The position numbers were made by a program, and so were the translations under genes. From assembly GCA_965248695.1 (NCBI GenBank), contig CBDFKD010000002.1, forward strand, positions 4,256,001 through 4,320,000: a stretch of DNA of 64,000 nucleotides. The letters are read 5' to 3'. The stretch's first letter is position 1. Each line of letters opens with the position of its first letter. This stretch comes from Acidobacteriota bacterium (lineage in GTDB: Bacteria; Acidobacteriota; UBA890; WLXD01). Of the stretch, positions 9,009 to 19,816 are shown piece by piece. The notes beneath the pieces were generated by a model. It was given only the letters and a program-made list of their open reading frames with translations, was not told the DNA's origin and did no database searches.

Positions 9009-10889
9009 TTGTCACGTATCTACCTGCGCTCGCTCGTCACCGTCAGCTGTCTTCTCACCGCCGGCGTTGCATCCGCGCAGGAAGCGGATTTCGGTCTGCA
9101 ACCGCCGGCCGTGGCACTTGCGGGTGTGCCGACGCAGGTTGCCGCAACAGCTCCGCCCGATGCTTTGGCGACGCTGGTGTTGCGGGCCGGCGGGCGCCGC
9201 TACGCTGCCGTTGTCGACGGCGAAACAGCGACCTTTGTCGATGTGACCCTGGCGCGAGGTGAGTCGGGCCTGGAGCTCGAGTCCAACGGATCCGTCGTCG
9301 CCACCGCCGAACTGCGGGTGCTGCCCGGCTGGGTCTCGGTGGTTCCGGCGTTGCTGGCGATCGCCGTGGCGCTGGTATCCAAGCAGGTGATCCCGGCGCT
9401 GTTTCTCGGCATCTGGTTCGGTGCTGCGGCGCTGGTCGGGTTCACGCCGACCGGTGTGTTCCAGGGCATGCTCGACACGTACGCGGTCTACGTCCTAGGC
9501 GCCGTGGTGACTCCGAGCCAGACACAGATCCTGCTGTTCTCGTTCATGATCGGCGGCACGGTCGGCATCGTCATCAAGAACGGCGGTATGCAGGGCGTGG
9601 TCAACTTGATCGTCCGCTTCGCCACCGACCCGCGTCGGGGCCAGCTGACCACCGGGGCGCTCGGAGTGGCGGTGTTTTTCGACGACTACACCAACACGCT
9701 GGTGGTCGGGAACACGATGCGGCAGGTGACGGACCGGCTGCGGATCTCGCGCGAGAAGCTCGCCTACATCGTCGACTCGACCGCTGCGCCGGTCGCCTGT
9801 GTGGCGCTCGTATCCACCTGGATCGGGTACCAGGTGGGTCTGATTGGCAGCGCCATAGCTCCGATTCCCGCCATCCAGGAGTCGAGCTACGGGATCTTCC
9901 TCAACTCGATCGCGTACAGCTTCTATCCGTTCCTCACCATGTTCCTGGTCTTCACGCTGGCAGGGCTGGGTCGTGACTTCGGACCCATGTACGCCGCCGA
10001 GAAGCGCGCGCGCACGACGGGGCAGGTGCTCGGACCCGATGCCAAGGTTGACGCGGCAGCCGCCGCCGATGCCGACGAGCTGCGCCTCAAGGAAGACAAG
10101 CCGGTGCGTGCCATCAACGCGATCGTGCCGCTTGGGGCTCTCATCGTGACGGTGATCGCGGGGCTCTACCTCACCGGTACCGGCGATACGGTGCGCGACA
10201 TCATCGGCACGGCGGACTCGAACATGGCGCTGATGTGGGCCTCCCTCATGGGAACGCTGACAGCCGTCGCAATGACGAGCGCGCAGCGCATCTTGACGGT
10301 GACCGAGATCGTCGACGCCTGGTACGCCGGCCTCAAGCAGATGCTCTTCGCGATGATCATCCTGGTGCTGGCGTGGTCGCTGGCCTCCGTCTCCGGCGGA
10401 CTGCAGACGGCCAGCTACCTGGTCTCCATCCTGGTGGATTCGTTGTCGCCGGCGATGGCGCCCACGCTGGTGTTCGTCCTCGCCGGGTTGACCGCGTTCG
10501 CGACCGGTTCGAGCTGGGCGACCATGGGTATCCTGATGCCGTTGGTGGTGCCGCTAGTTTGGGCGGTGATGGGGGCTGCGGGTGCCGCGGGGCAGATGCA
10601 CATTCTGTATTCCGCCGTCTCGGCCGTCCTGGCTGGAGCCGTGCTCGGTGACCACTGTTCGCCAATCTCCGACACCACCATCCTTTCTTCGATGGCCTCC
10701 GGATGTGACCACATCGAGCACGTGCGCACCCAGATGCCGTATGCCCTGGTGGTAGGAGCAGTCGCCATCGGTCTGGGGACACTGCCGAGCGGATTCGGCA
10801 TGCCGTGGTGGGTCGGCATGCTTGCTGGCGCGGCGGCGTTGTACGGCGTGGCACGCTATGTAGGGAAACCGGTGGCGGCAGTCGACTGA
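9009..10889 (+). CDS. NhaC-family antiporter with an N-terminal extracytoplasmic domain
   Basis: FFDDYTN, ISREKLAYIVDSTAAP, GSSWATM, GDHCSPISDTT. Confidence 0.88.
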   Translation: MSRIYLRSLVTVSCLLTAGVASAQEADFGLQPPAVALAGVPTQVAATAPPDALATLVLRAGGRRYAAVVDGETATFVDVTLARGESGLELESNGSVVATAELRVLPGWVSVVPALLAIAVALVSKQVIPALFLGIWFGAAALVGFTPTGVFQGMLDTYAVYVLGAVVTPSQTQILLFSFMIGGTVGIVIKNGGMQGVVNLIVRFATDPRRGQLTTGALGVAVFFDDYTNTLVVGNTMRQVTDRLRISREKLAYIVDSTAAPVACVALVSTWIGYQVGLIGSAIAPIPAIQESSYGIFLNSIAYSFYPFLTMFLVFTLAGLGRDFGPMYAAEKRARTTGQVLGPDAKVDAAAAADADELRLKEDKPVRAINAIVPLGALIVTVIAGLYLTGTGDTVRDIIGTADSNMALMWASLMGTLTAVAMTSAQRILTVTEIVDAWYAGLKQMLFAMIILVLAWSLASVSGGLQTASYLVSILVDSLSPAMAPTLVFVLAGLTAFATGSSWATMGILMPLVVPLVWAVMGAAGAAGQMHILYSAVSAVLAGAVLGDHCSPISDTTILSSMASGCDHIEHVRTQMPYALVVGAVAIGLGTLPSGFGMPWWVGMLAGAAALYGVARYVGKPVAAVD

Positions 10890-10977
10890 CCGGCGCTCGT
10901 GAAGAAGGGGCCCCCGCGGGAGACTGTGGGTTCCGCCGACGACAACGAAACCCTGCGGCCGGTGTCCGACAGTCCGG

Positions 10978-11244
10978 TCAGAGCACCATGCGGACGAATC
11001 GGTGCCCCCGCAGCGCATCGTAGATGCTGGTGCGCTCGGTTTCGCTGCTCACCCGGACCTCGACATTGAGCGAAACGTACTTGCCGCCGGAGCTGGTGTT
11101 GGACCGCTCGATCGTGACGCCGTCGACCTCCACGACTTCCAGCACGGCCTCCCGGAGGGAGGTCTCATCGGCGCCGATCAGCTTGTACAGCCACAGGCAC
11201 GGATACTCCATCTCCAGTCGCTCGGTGACCGGGTTGACGGTCAC
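10978..11244 (-). CDS. DUF493/YbeD-like protein
   Basis: EYPCxWxYKLIG, SSGGKYVS, terminal VRMVL. Confidence 0.85.
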   Translation of the reverse strand: MTVNPVTERLEMEYPCLWLYKLIGADETSLREAVLEVVEVDGVTIERSNTSSGGKYVSLNVEVRVSSETERTSIYDALRGHRFVRMVL

Positions 11245-11355
11245 GCGCGGAGAATCGCGTTCGTCGCTGATTGTGACCTCCTCAAGTGTATGCGTTGGCG
11301 GGAACCGGCGGACGCGCTGTTGATCTGATCGTACCGCGTGAACATCGGTCCCGAA

Positions 11356-12258
11356 TCAGCCCATGGGCATCGGCAAGGCCACCAGAATCGCCGTTACCAG
11401 GAGAAGCAGCAGCGCCCACGAAAGCTCGAGTCCGGCGCTTCGGCGCAGCCGCTGGGTGCCGGCCGCGTTGCCCAATCCGGGGCGCACCCGGCGCCAGTTG
11501 ACGTAGCCTGCGGCGGCAATGGCGGCGAACAGCAGGAGCTTGAGCGCCAGCGTCCTACCGTAGACGGTGCTCCACAGCGCCGCCAGCTCGCCGAGGTAGA
11601 ACCACGATGTCAGCGTGCCGCTGAGGAGTAACGTCGCGGCCGCCACCAGCGCCAGCGGGGAGAAGCGGTGAATCGCCCGCGCCACGGCCTCGTCGATGCC
11701 CTCCATACCGCCGCCGAGCAGCAGCCAGGCGAGCACCGCCAGCGTTCCGATCCATGCGGTGGCTGCTGCCACATGCAGCATCTGTGATGCCAGCGGTACG
11801 CTCAGCCATCCCTGCTCGACGGCGTGGCCTGTCAACGGCACGCTGAGGACTGCGCCGGCGCCACCGGCGGCGGCTACCACGCGACCCGCGGTGATCCCGG
11901 CACGGCGAAGCCCGTAGCCGGCCACCGCCAGACTCGCGGCCGCCATCTGACACAGCCAACCTGTTCCCCAGCTCGTTCGCATGGCGACCACCTGCACGAG
12001 ATCGAGCGTAACGGGCTCGTCGAGCGCGAACAGCAGCCAGGTCTGAGCCCACAAAAGGGCGGCGCGCAGGACGACCAACGCTACGGCGGCGGTCAGCGCC
12101 GGCGCCAGCAGGCGGCGCGCTAGTGGCTCGATGTCGACCTGGGCGCGGCTCAGCACCAGCTCTGCCAGGGCCGTGCCCCCGATCCAGAGGGTGCAGACAT
12201 AAGCGAGCCAGCGGCCGGCGCCGGCCAGCCAGGTGACGGTCGTCAGGTCTTCGATCAC
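11356..12258 (-). CDS. CopD-family copper resistance membrane protein
   Basis: Multi-pass membrane protein with TxWG, LTGHA, HVAAATAWIG, RFS, YGRTLALK. Confidence 0.8.
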   Translation of the reverse strand: MIEDLTTVTWLAGAGRWLAYVCTLWIGGTALAELVLSRAQVDIEPLARRLLAPALTAAVALVVLRAALLWAQTWLLFALDEPVTLDLVQVVAMRTSWGTGWLCQMAAASLAVAGYGLRRAGITAGRVVAAAGGAGAVLSVPLTGHAVEQGWLSVPLASQMLHVAAATAWIGTLAVLAWLLLGGGMEGIDEAVARAIHRFSPLALVAAATLLLSGTLTSWFYLGELAALWSTVYGRTLALKLLLFAAIAAAGYVNWRRVRPGLGNAAGTQRLRRSAGLELSWALLLLLVTAILVALPMPMG

Positions 12259-12472
12259 GGCTCAGCTCACGGGCGAGCACGACGGAGCGCCCAACTTGTT
12301 TCGCCCCCCACCGTCGCATCGTGTGTCCGGGAAACGCATTTGGACTCTCGGAAATCGGGACCCCCGACTGTTTCTTGAGTGACGGAACACGAGGATCTCA
12401 TCCTGACGCTTGCCCGAAGCCGGAGTCAAACCGGGCGGCGAACGTACACGGGCTCCGGGAGGTCTCAGAGGT

Positions 12473-13096
12473 ATGCTCAAGCTCCGCGTGCCTGATTGGG
12501 CCGGCAGCGCCATGTTTCTGATACTGGCAGTTGGAGTCACGTACGTCGTCTGGGCGCTGGCGAACGAGAATCGCGCCCTCGAGGCCGAGATCGCTCGCTT
12601 GCGCAGCCAGTCTTCAATTCTGGGCGCCTCGATGCAGCCCGGCGATGAGCTTCCGCCGGTGTCGCTGACCAATCTGGCAGGTCGTTCCGCGGTACTGAGT
12701 GATCTTGCCCCCGGCGGCGGGGTGATCGCATTTCTGACCACGACGTGTCCGTTCTGCAGGCAAACGCTACCAGCGTGGAACAGGCTTGCTGCTGCCTACA
12801 CGGCCAGCGGGGTTCCGTTTATCGGTGTCTCTCTGGACGGTGCGGAGCCTACGCGCGCCTATGTCGCCGAGACGGGCGTGGCCTGGCAGGCGTGGGTTTC
12901 GGAGGATCCGTTAACCGCGAGCGCGGAGCTGAAGGTGCCGCTGGTGCCGCTGACGGTCCTGGTCGGCCAGAACAACGTCGTCGAACGCGTGTGGTCGGGC
13001 GCGCTCGAGTACGACGGTGTTCAGCTGGTCTACGACTCCCGCAAGGAGACCACTGAGCGCCTCAACGTTGGTGATGACCTAGGGGGCATGCGATGA
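12473..13096 (+). CDS. Membrane-anchored thioredoxin-fold (TlpA/peroxiredoxin-like) protein
   Basis: N-terminal TM plus coiled coil, CPFC active site, cis-Pro loop VPLT. Confidence 0.78.
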   Translation: MLKLRVPDWAGSAMFLILAVGVTYVVWALANENRALEAEIARLRSQSSILGASMQPGDELPPVSLTNLAGRSAVLSDLAPGGGVIAFLTTTCPFCRQTLPAWNRLAAAYTASGVPFIGVSLDGAEPTRAYVAETGVAWQAWVSEDPLTASAELKVPLVPLTVLVGQNNVVERVWSGALEYDGVQLVYDSRKETTERLNVGDDLGGMR

Positions 13097-13536
13097 ACGG
13101 CAACCGCAAACGAATCCGACAAGCCGACGAGGGGTTCAGTCTGATCGAGTTGCTGATCGTCGTGTCGATTGTTGGCATTCTGGCCAACATTGCCTTTCCG
13201 ATGTTGTATGGATCTCTCAACAACGCCAAAGCGTCACGGATCCTTGCCGACGCCGGCGCCGTCTTCAAGGCAGCGGACAAGTATCGACTCGAGAGCAACA
13301 ACTACCCGGCCAGCGCCGGATGGGGCACGTTGCCCAACGAGTTGCAGGACTCGCTCGGCGGCATGAGCTTCACCAACGGCGAGAATCGTTACGCGTGGGT
13401 GGGTACACCAAACTACCACGGCCTGTACATCTACACCACCGGCGACCAGCAGGTGCTTACGTTGGCAAACGACCAGTGGAGTGGGCTCAGTGTGGTGTTC
13501 GGTCCGTACTTGATTCTCTATGAGTGGCACTACTAG
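13093..13536 (+). CDS. Type IV pilin / pseudopilin
   Basis: Class III signal G|FSLIELLIVV; ATGA overlap with the upstream gene. Confidence 0.9.
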   Translation: MNGNRKRIRQADEGFSLIELLIVVSIVGILANIAFPMLYGSLNNAKASRILADAGAVFKAADKYRLESNNYPASAGWGTLPNELQDSLGGMSFTNGENRYAWVGTPNYHGLYIYTTGDQQVLTLANDQWSGLSVVFGPYLILYEWHY

Positions 13537-13551
13537 TCAGCGGAGCCTTGC

Positions 13552-15963
13552 GTGAGCTACTGGGAGTTTCTTACCCAACTCGACGTGGTGTTCGCAAGCT
13601 GCTCTGGCGGCTGGTTGTACGGCCATGCTCGCGAATCGGAGGGTGAGGCAAGCTGAAGCGGATCTGCAGCAGCTGCTCGACAACCTCCCGGTCGGAGTGT
13701 TTCGCAACACGCCGGGTGCGGAAGGGCGGTTCTTGCTGGCGAACCCCGCCATGGCGCGCATCTTCGGCTACGATTCGGCAGCCGAGTTGCAAGAGCTACC
13801 GGTCGCCCGGCTATACCCGAAGCCGGCCTCGAGGAAGGTCTTCTCGGATCGGCTGGAGCGGCGAGGTCGGATATCGCTCCGCGAGCGCTTCCGACGCAAG
13901 GACGGCTCCATTCTCTGGGCGCAGCTCCACATGCAGACCGAAGTCGATGGTGCCGGAAACGTGCGTCATTTCGACGGCATCGTGGAAGACGTCACCGAGC
14001 TGCATCTCGAGCGCGAGCAGTTGCTGGACGCGAAGCTCCAAGCGCAAATTGCCAGCGAAGCCAAGAGCGAGTTCCTGGCGAATATGAGCCACGAGATCCG
14101 CACACCGATGAACGGGATCATTGGCATGGCCGGGCTGATCGCGGAGACCGACCTGGATCCACAACAGTCGAGCTACGTCAGCACGATACAGGGGTGCGCC
14201 AACTCGCTGTTGGGGCTGATCAACGACATCCTGGACTTCTCGAAGATCGAGGCTGGCAAGCTCGCGATCGAGGATGCTCCGTTCCACCTACCCACTGCTC
14301 TCGAGCGGCTCGGCGAGATCTTCGCGCAGCCCGCGCAGGAGAAGGGTCTGGAGCTGATCCTGAGCGCCGATCCCGAGGTGGCGGATCACCTACTCGGGGA
14401 CGTAACGCGGGTTCGGCAGCTACTCATGAACCTGATCGGCAACGCCATCAAATTCACCGAGGTCGGCGAGATCGCGGTGCATGTCGGATTGGCGAAAGAG
14501 AGGGGAGAGGAGCAGGAGCTGCTCTTCCGGGTGCGTGACACGGGCATTGGCATCGATCGCAAGGCGATCGAGAGAATCTTCGACTCGTTCAGCCAAGAAG
14601 ACGGTTCGACGACGCGTCGGTTCGGCGGGACCGGGCTGGGACTGGCCATCTGCAAGCGCCTGGTCGACATGATGGGCGGCAAGATTGGTGTCGATAGCGT
14701 TCCACAGGTGGGTTCGACCTTCTGGTTCCAGTTGCCGTTCAGAAAGGGGGCGACAGTTCCCTGCGAACACGGTCCGGACCTGAGCGGTGCTCGGGTGCTC
14801 GTGGTCGATGACAACGCGACGAGCCGGGACACGCTGGGCAAGCAACTCGAGAGTCGAAATTGCATCGTCGAGACGGTTCCGAGCGCCCGCTACGCTCGCG
14901 CCATGCTCGCCGAGCAGAGCTTCGACGTTGTCCTGGTCGACCTGGAGATGCCTGGCACCGATGGTCAGACGTTGGCGCGTCAGCTACGGAAGCTCCGCTT
15001 CCGCGAACCGCTGATCCTCCTGAGCTCGCTGGTCCCTCATACGACGATCGAGGAGGGGCTATTCGCAGAGCAGGTGGCGAAGCCCGCCAAGCCCAGCTCG
15101 CTATACCAGGCGGTGGCAGCAGCCACTGGTCGTGGGTCTTGCTATCGGCCCGGTCACCGCCGCGGAAGGATCCCATGAGCACGCCACGACACAGCCGCCG
15201 CCAGGGTTGAGCGGGCCGGGTGCTTGTTGTCGATGACAACTCCGCCAACCGAGTTCTGGCGCAAGCCCTGATCCGCAGGCAGGGTTGCGAGGCCAAGACG
15301 GTGGCCGACGGCCAGCAGGCGCTCGATGTACTGGCTGCCGAGGACTTCGACCTGGTCTTGATGGACGTGCACATGCCGGTGATGGACGGGCTTGTGGCGA
15401 CTCGACAGATCCGATTGGGGGGTAGCGTCCGAGATCCGCGCGTCCCGATCGTCGCCCTGACCGCCAGCGCATTGCCAGAAGACCGCGACGCGTGCCTCGC
15501 CTGCGGCATGAACGCCTACATCACCAAGCCGATTCACGTCGAGGAGCTCAAATATCAGCTCACCACGTTCCTGGGCTCGGGGCGACCAGGTGAGCCCTGT
15601 ACCGACGATAGTGAGTCCGATCTGGACTACGAGCAACTACTGCGGGATCTTGGCGGTGATATCGCAACCGCCGCTGTCTTGATCGCCGACTTCAAGGCGT
15701 CCGCGGCGGCGCGCGTTGACGAGATCGTTACGTCTCTGGCCACGGGGGATCACGATGCCGTGGTGGTCCACGCGCACGCGCTCGTCTCCCGCGCGATCGG
15801 TCTGGGTGCGCGGCGAATTGCACGGATCGCGCGCGAGCTCGAACGCCAAGCGGCTGTAGATGAGGTGGAACGAGAGAAGCTCCAAGCGGCCCCGCGACTG
15901 TTGCGTGAGGCCCTGAGCCGGCTCGATCGGGTCGTTGCCGCACAGCTGCCGACGGCCGCATAA
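13552..15963 (+). CDS. Hybrid sensor kinase TM-PAS-HisKA-HATPase-REC-REC-HPt, apparently split by three +1 frameshifts (ORFs 13625-15178 and 15220-15963)
   Basis: H-box [38 protein letters not shown], two REC domains, HPt-like HAHAL. One frame is restored by removing single bases near 13597, 15135 and 15214. Confidence 0.8.
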
Positions 15964-16093
15964 GACATCTATCGATCGCTCCGGTGTGGCGCCCCTGCTA
16001 GGCTGCGCCTGAGTTCCTCAGCTTCGATCGGAGGGCGTGGCCGGCGCGGCCGATCTAGCACCAACGGAGAGATCCAGTATGCGTGGAGATCCG

Positions 16094-17578
16094 ATGCGAC
16101 CAGGCTGCGCGAGGGCATTTCGATGGCTGGGCCGGGCGCTCGCCGCGGCGGCGCTGCTCGTCGTATCGACGCCGGTGTTGGCCAGCTATTGCGTCTACGT
16201 CGGCAAGAACCTCACCGCCAGCGGCAATGTGTTTCTCGGCGGCTACGGCGACGAACCTTCCAGTCACTGGCTTGAGATCGTGCCGCGTCGCGATCATCCA
16301 TCGGGTGCGATGATCCGCGTGGGCATCACCGCCGAGGCCTCGATGCCGGGCGTCTTCGGACAGTTGCGACAGGTGTCGCAAACGGCCAAGTACATCTCGA
16401 TGGAATACTCCGAGTATTCCGGTTTCCCGGCGCCGCTCACCAACGGTGGGCTCAACGAGCACGGGGTGGCGGCGCGCGACGTCTGGTCGACGAGCAGCAA
16501 AGAGCTGCGCGACATGACGCCCAATCCGCAGGGCGGCGGACCGAACTACAGCGACCTGGCGCGCATCGTCATGGAGCGTGCCCACAGCGCTCGCGAGGCG
16601 GTGGAGATCGTCGGTCGTCTCATCGACCGTTTCGGGTTCAGCACCTACGGCGGTAACTCGCACCTGTTCGCCGATGCCGCCGAGGGCTGGGTGTTCATCA
16701 ATTTCGCCGGCGGCCAAGGTTTGTGGGCGGCGGAACGTCTGGGACCCGACGACATCCGCGTCTCGAGGCCCGGTTACATCGATGAGTTCCCGCTCGACTT
16801 CAAGGATCACCCGGACTACATGGCATCCGACAACTTCATCAGCTTCGCCATCGAGCAGGGGTGGTACGACCCGGATTCAGGCGCCCCCTTCAACGTCACC
16901 GAGGTGTATGGGCAGGACGAGCGGCCGGGTGTTCCCACTGCCGAGCTCGTTCCTAAGAACCACCTCGGGGTGCGCTTCATCGAGGACAGCCTTCGCAATC
17001 TCGGACACAGGGTCACGCTGGAGGACATGATCGCGGTCGTACGGACGGGGAACGTGACCCACGACAGCGCCGGCTACGGTCAGGTCGCCGAGCTCCGTAG
17101 CGGCATCCACCCCGAGCTCGCAGTCCTCTGGGTCGCTGCTACCTCGCCGGAAACGGCGCCGTTCATCCCGCTTCGCATCGGCGTGACCGACGTTCCGCCA
17201 GAGCTCGGCTACCATCGATATCTGAGCTCCGGACAGGCGACGGATGCCTACATCGACGACGAGATCCGCGGTCGCGAGTCGACGCGGTTCGCGCTGCGCA
17301 CCTACAAGCGGCTGCGCTATCTCATGGAGGAGCACGAGGCGAAGTTTCTGCCCGAGATCGCCGAAGCGCTGGCGGCCTTCGAAGGCGGTCTGATCGCGGC
17401 GCAGCCCGACGTGGAACGCACCGCGCTGAAGCTCTTCGAGGCCGGCGAACCGGGGCTGGCGCGGCAGTATCTGACCTACTACGCCAGCACGGAGGCGCTC
17501 AACGGCATGCGCCTCGGCGACGCGCTGGCGGACAGTATCGAAGCGCGCACCAGAGTGATCTACGGCATCCGCAAGTAG
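16094..17578 (+). CDS. Secreted peptidase C69-like (Ntn hydrolase) dipeptidase
   Basis: Signal peptide then SYCVYVGKNLT; NGGLNEHGV, ERAHSAREAV, AD..EGW. Start uncertain between 16037 and 16094. Confidence 0.8.
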   Translation: MRPGCARAFRWLGRALAAAALLVVSTPVLASYCVYVGKNLTASGNVFLGGYGDEPSSHWLEIVPRRDHPSGAMIRVGITAEASMPGVFGQLRQVSQTAKYISMEYSEYSGFPAPLTNGGLNEHGVAARDVWSTSSKELRDMTPNPQGGGPNYSDLARIVMERAHSAREAVEIVGRLIDRFGFSTYGGNSHLFADAAEGWVFINFAGGQGLWAAERLGPDDIRVSRPGYIDEFPLDFKDHPDYMASDNFISFAIEQGWYDPDSGAPFNVTEVYGQDERPGVPTAELVPKNHLGVRFIEDSLRNLGHRVTLEDMIAVVRTGNVTHDSAGYGQVAELRSGIHPELAVLWVAATSPETAPFIPLRIGVTDVPPELGYHRYLSSGQATDAYIDDEIRGRESTRFALRTYKRLRYLMEEHEAKFLPEIAEALAAFEGGLIAAQPDVERTALKLFEAGEPGLARQYLTYYASTEALNGMRLGDALADSIEARTRVIYGIRK

Positions 17579-17579
17579 C

Positions 17580-19649
17580 TCAGCCGCCGAGCGCGGCGGC
17601 CACCAACTCGGCGATATCGAGGTCCTCCAGGGGCGACTCCTGCGCCCCGATTCCGTCTTCCATCATCGTCATGCAGAACGGGCATGCCGAGGCAATGGTT
17701 GCCGAGCCCTCGCTGTTGGTGGCCGATAATGCGGTACGCGCCTGGGCGATGCGATTGTCGTTGACGCGCTTTCCGGGCTCCTCTTCGAACCACATCAACC
17801 CGCCACCGGCGCCGCAACACATGCCGCTTTCGCGGCTCTCCGCCATCTCCACCAGCTCCACGCCTGGCAGCCGGCGCAGGATTTCGCGCGGCGCCTCGAA
17901 GATCCGGTTGTGGCGACCCAGATAGCAGGAGTCGTGATAGGTGATCACCCGATCGGTGGGTTGGGTGAGCTCCAGCCGCCCCTGTTCGAGCAGCTCGAGG
18001 ATGAGCTCCGTGTGGTGCACGACGTCGTAGTTGCCGCCGTAGTCCGGATACTCGTTCTTGACCGTGTTGAAGCAGTGCGGGCAGATGGTGAGCACCTTGT
18101 CGATCGGATACTGGTTCATCGTCTCGACGTTGGTCTCGGCGTGGATCTGGTACAGGTACTCGTGACCCATGCGGCGCGCCGGATCGCCGGTACAGCACTC
18201 CTCTTCGCCGAGCACGGCGAAGGAGACCCCGGCGGCGTTGAGGATGCGAACGATGCTGCGGGCGATCTTCTGGTTGCGCGCGTCGAAAGCGGCCGAGCAG
18301 CCCACCCAGAACAGGTATTCGACGCGGTCGCCGGCCGCGGTCACGTCCGCCATCGTGCGCACGTCCAGGCCGCGCGCCCAGTCCAGCCGCGCGCTGGGAT
18401 GCTGGTTCCATGGATTGTTGCGCCGCTGCAGGCCATCGAACGCGTCGCTATAGGTTTCCGGATAGGTGTCCTCGAGCATCACTTCGCTGCGGCGTAGCTC
18501 GAGGATCTTGCCGAGCGGGTCGATCGAAACAGGACACTCCTCGACACACGCCATGCACGAGGTGCAGGCCCAGATCTCCTCACGGGTGATGCTGTTGCCG
18601 ATGATTGGTTGCGGTTCCTGGCCGCTGCCGAACAGCGGCTGCTCGGCGTTGAGCTGATCACGCAGCTGCAGCACGATGTCGCGCGGCGACAGCGTCTTGC
18701 CGGACAGGTGCGCCGGACAGTTGATCTCGCAGCGGCCGCACTCGGTGCAGCTGGTGAGGTCGAGCAGGTCCTTGCGGGTCAGGTCAGCGATCGTCGCGTA
18801 CCCGAGCACCTCGTCATTGTCGAACGCCGCCTCCACGTCGACCGGTTGCAGCCTGCCGTTGCCGCCGAGGTCCTGCAGCAGGATGTTGATGATGGCGCTG
18901 AAGATGTGGACCACCTTCGGCGAGTACGGCAGCGCGGCGATGAATCCAAGCACCATTACCGCATGCGTCCACCAGAGCGTCCGGTGGATCGCGACGACGG
19001 TCTCGTTGCTGGTGCTGCTGACTAGCAGCGAAAGCGCGAACCCCACGGGCGACCATCGCGGATCGTAGCCGAGCTCGGCATGGGTGGCCGCCAATCGGAG
19101 GCCCTCGACGCCGAACCCGGTCGCGGCGATCAGCAGGAGTCCGAGCGGTAGCAGGAGGTCGCTCGCCTTCCAGCGCAGCTCGGGATTGCCCGGTCCGTAT
19201 CGTCGAACGAGGGCGACGATCAGGCCGAGGACGAAAACTGCCCCCAAGAGATCAAGGACGAGCTCGTAGCCGAGGAAGAAGCCGCCGGTCCAGAAGCCGT
19301 GATCGCGGCCCAGGAGCTTCTGAAACACGTCGTATTCGAGCGCCACGATGATCGTGCCGATGAACAGCGTGATGAACCCCCACATGATCGCCAGGTGCAT
19401 CATGCCGGCGCCGCGATCGGACCGCGCGATGGTGCGGTTCGTAGCGGCGGCCAGGAGCGTGCGGCCGAGATGCGGCAGGAGGCCCCCGGGCGGCAGGGCG
19501 ACGGGTTTGCCGCGCATGATCCGTCGCACGTGCGCCACTACGCCGAAGACGAACACTGCCGTGGCCAGGAACGCCAGCCCGAGAAAGATCGACTCCGCGG
19601 TGGGAGAGATATTCCAGAAGACTTCGCGCGTTACGGCATCGTCGGACAC
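17580..19649 (-). CDS. Membrane-bound Fe-S oxidoreductase (FadF/ETF:quinone oxidoreductase-like; NarI-like TM + 2x[4Fe-4S] + 2 CCG domains)
   Basis: CTECGRCEINCP, CTSCMACVEECP, CCTG, TICPHC, YHDSC, CCGAGGG, ACPFC. Confidence 0.88.
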   Translation of the reverse strand: MSDDAVTREVFWNISPTAESIFLGLAFLATAVFVFGVVAHVRRIMRGKPVALPPGGLLPHLGRTLLAAATNRTIARSDRGAGMMHLAIMWGFITLFIGTIIVALEYDVFQKLLGRDHGFWTGGFFLGYELVLDLLGAVFVLGLIVALVRRYGPGNPELRWKASDLLLPLGLLLIAATGFGVEGLRLAATHAELGYDPRWSPVGFALSLLVSSTSNETVVAIHRTLWWTHAVMVLGFIAALPYSPKVVHIFSAIINILLQDLGGNGRLQPVDVEAAFDNDEVLGYATIADLTRKDLLDLTSCTECGRCEINCPAHLSGKTLSPRDIVLQLRDQLNAEQPLFGSGQEPQPIIGNSITREEIWACTSCMACVEECPVSIDPLGKILELRRSEVMLEDTYPETYSDAFDGLQRRNNPWNQHPSARLDWARGLDVRTMADVTAAGDRVEYLFWVGCSAAFDARNQKIARSIVRILNAAGVSFAVLGEEECCTGDPARRMGHEYLYQIHAETNVETMNQYPIDKVLTICPHCFNTVKNEYPDYGGNYDVVHHTELILELLEQGRLELTQPTDRVITYHDSCYLGRHNRIFEAPREILRRLPGVELVEMAESRESGMCCGAGGGLMWFEEEPGKRVNDNRIAQARTALSATNSEGSATIASACPFCMTMMEDGIGAQESPLEDLDIAELVAAALGG

Positions 19650-19816
19650 GAGAGCGCCAGGTGTTTCGTGTGAGCCCGGTTAGCGACCAATTCGCAGCGC
19701 TGCAAGGGTATAGGATGCGCGGATCAAGTAGAGCGATCGGACCCCGCCTCGAGACCGGAGCCGGAAACGGGACATGGCGGCCGCCGCCAGCAAGTCAGAA
19801 CACCAAGGAGCTCTCG

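Noticed and set aside
19650-19816. Glycine or cobalamin riboswitch before the DMG dehydrogenase (also checked 25630-25754)
   Set aside because: No recognisable consensus elements by eye; an Rfam/Infernal scan would settle it.
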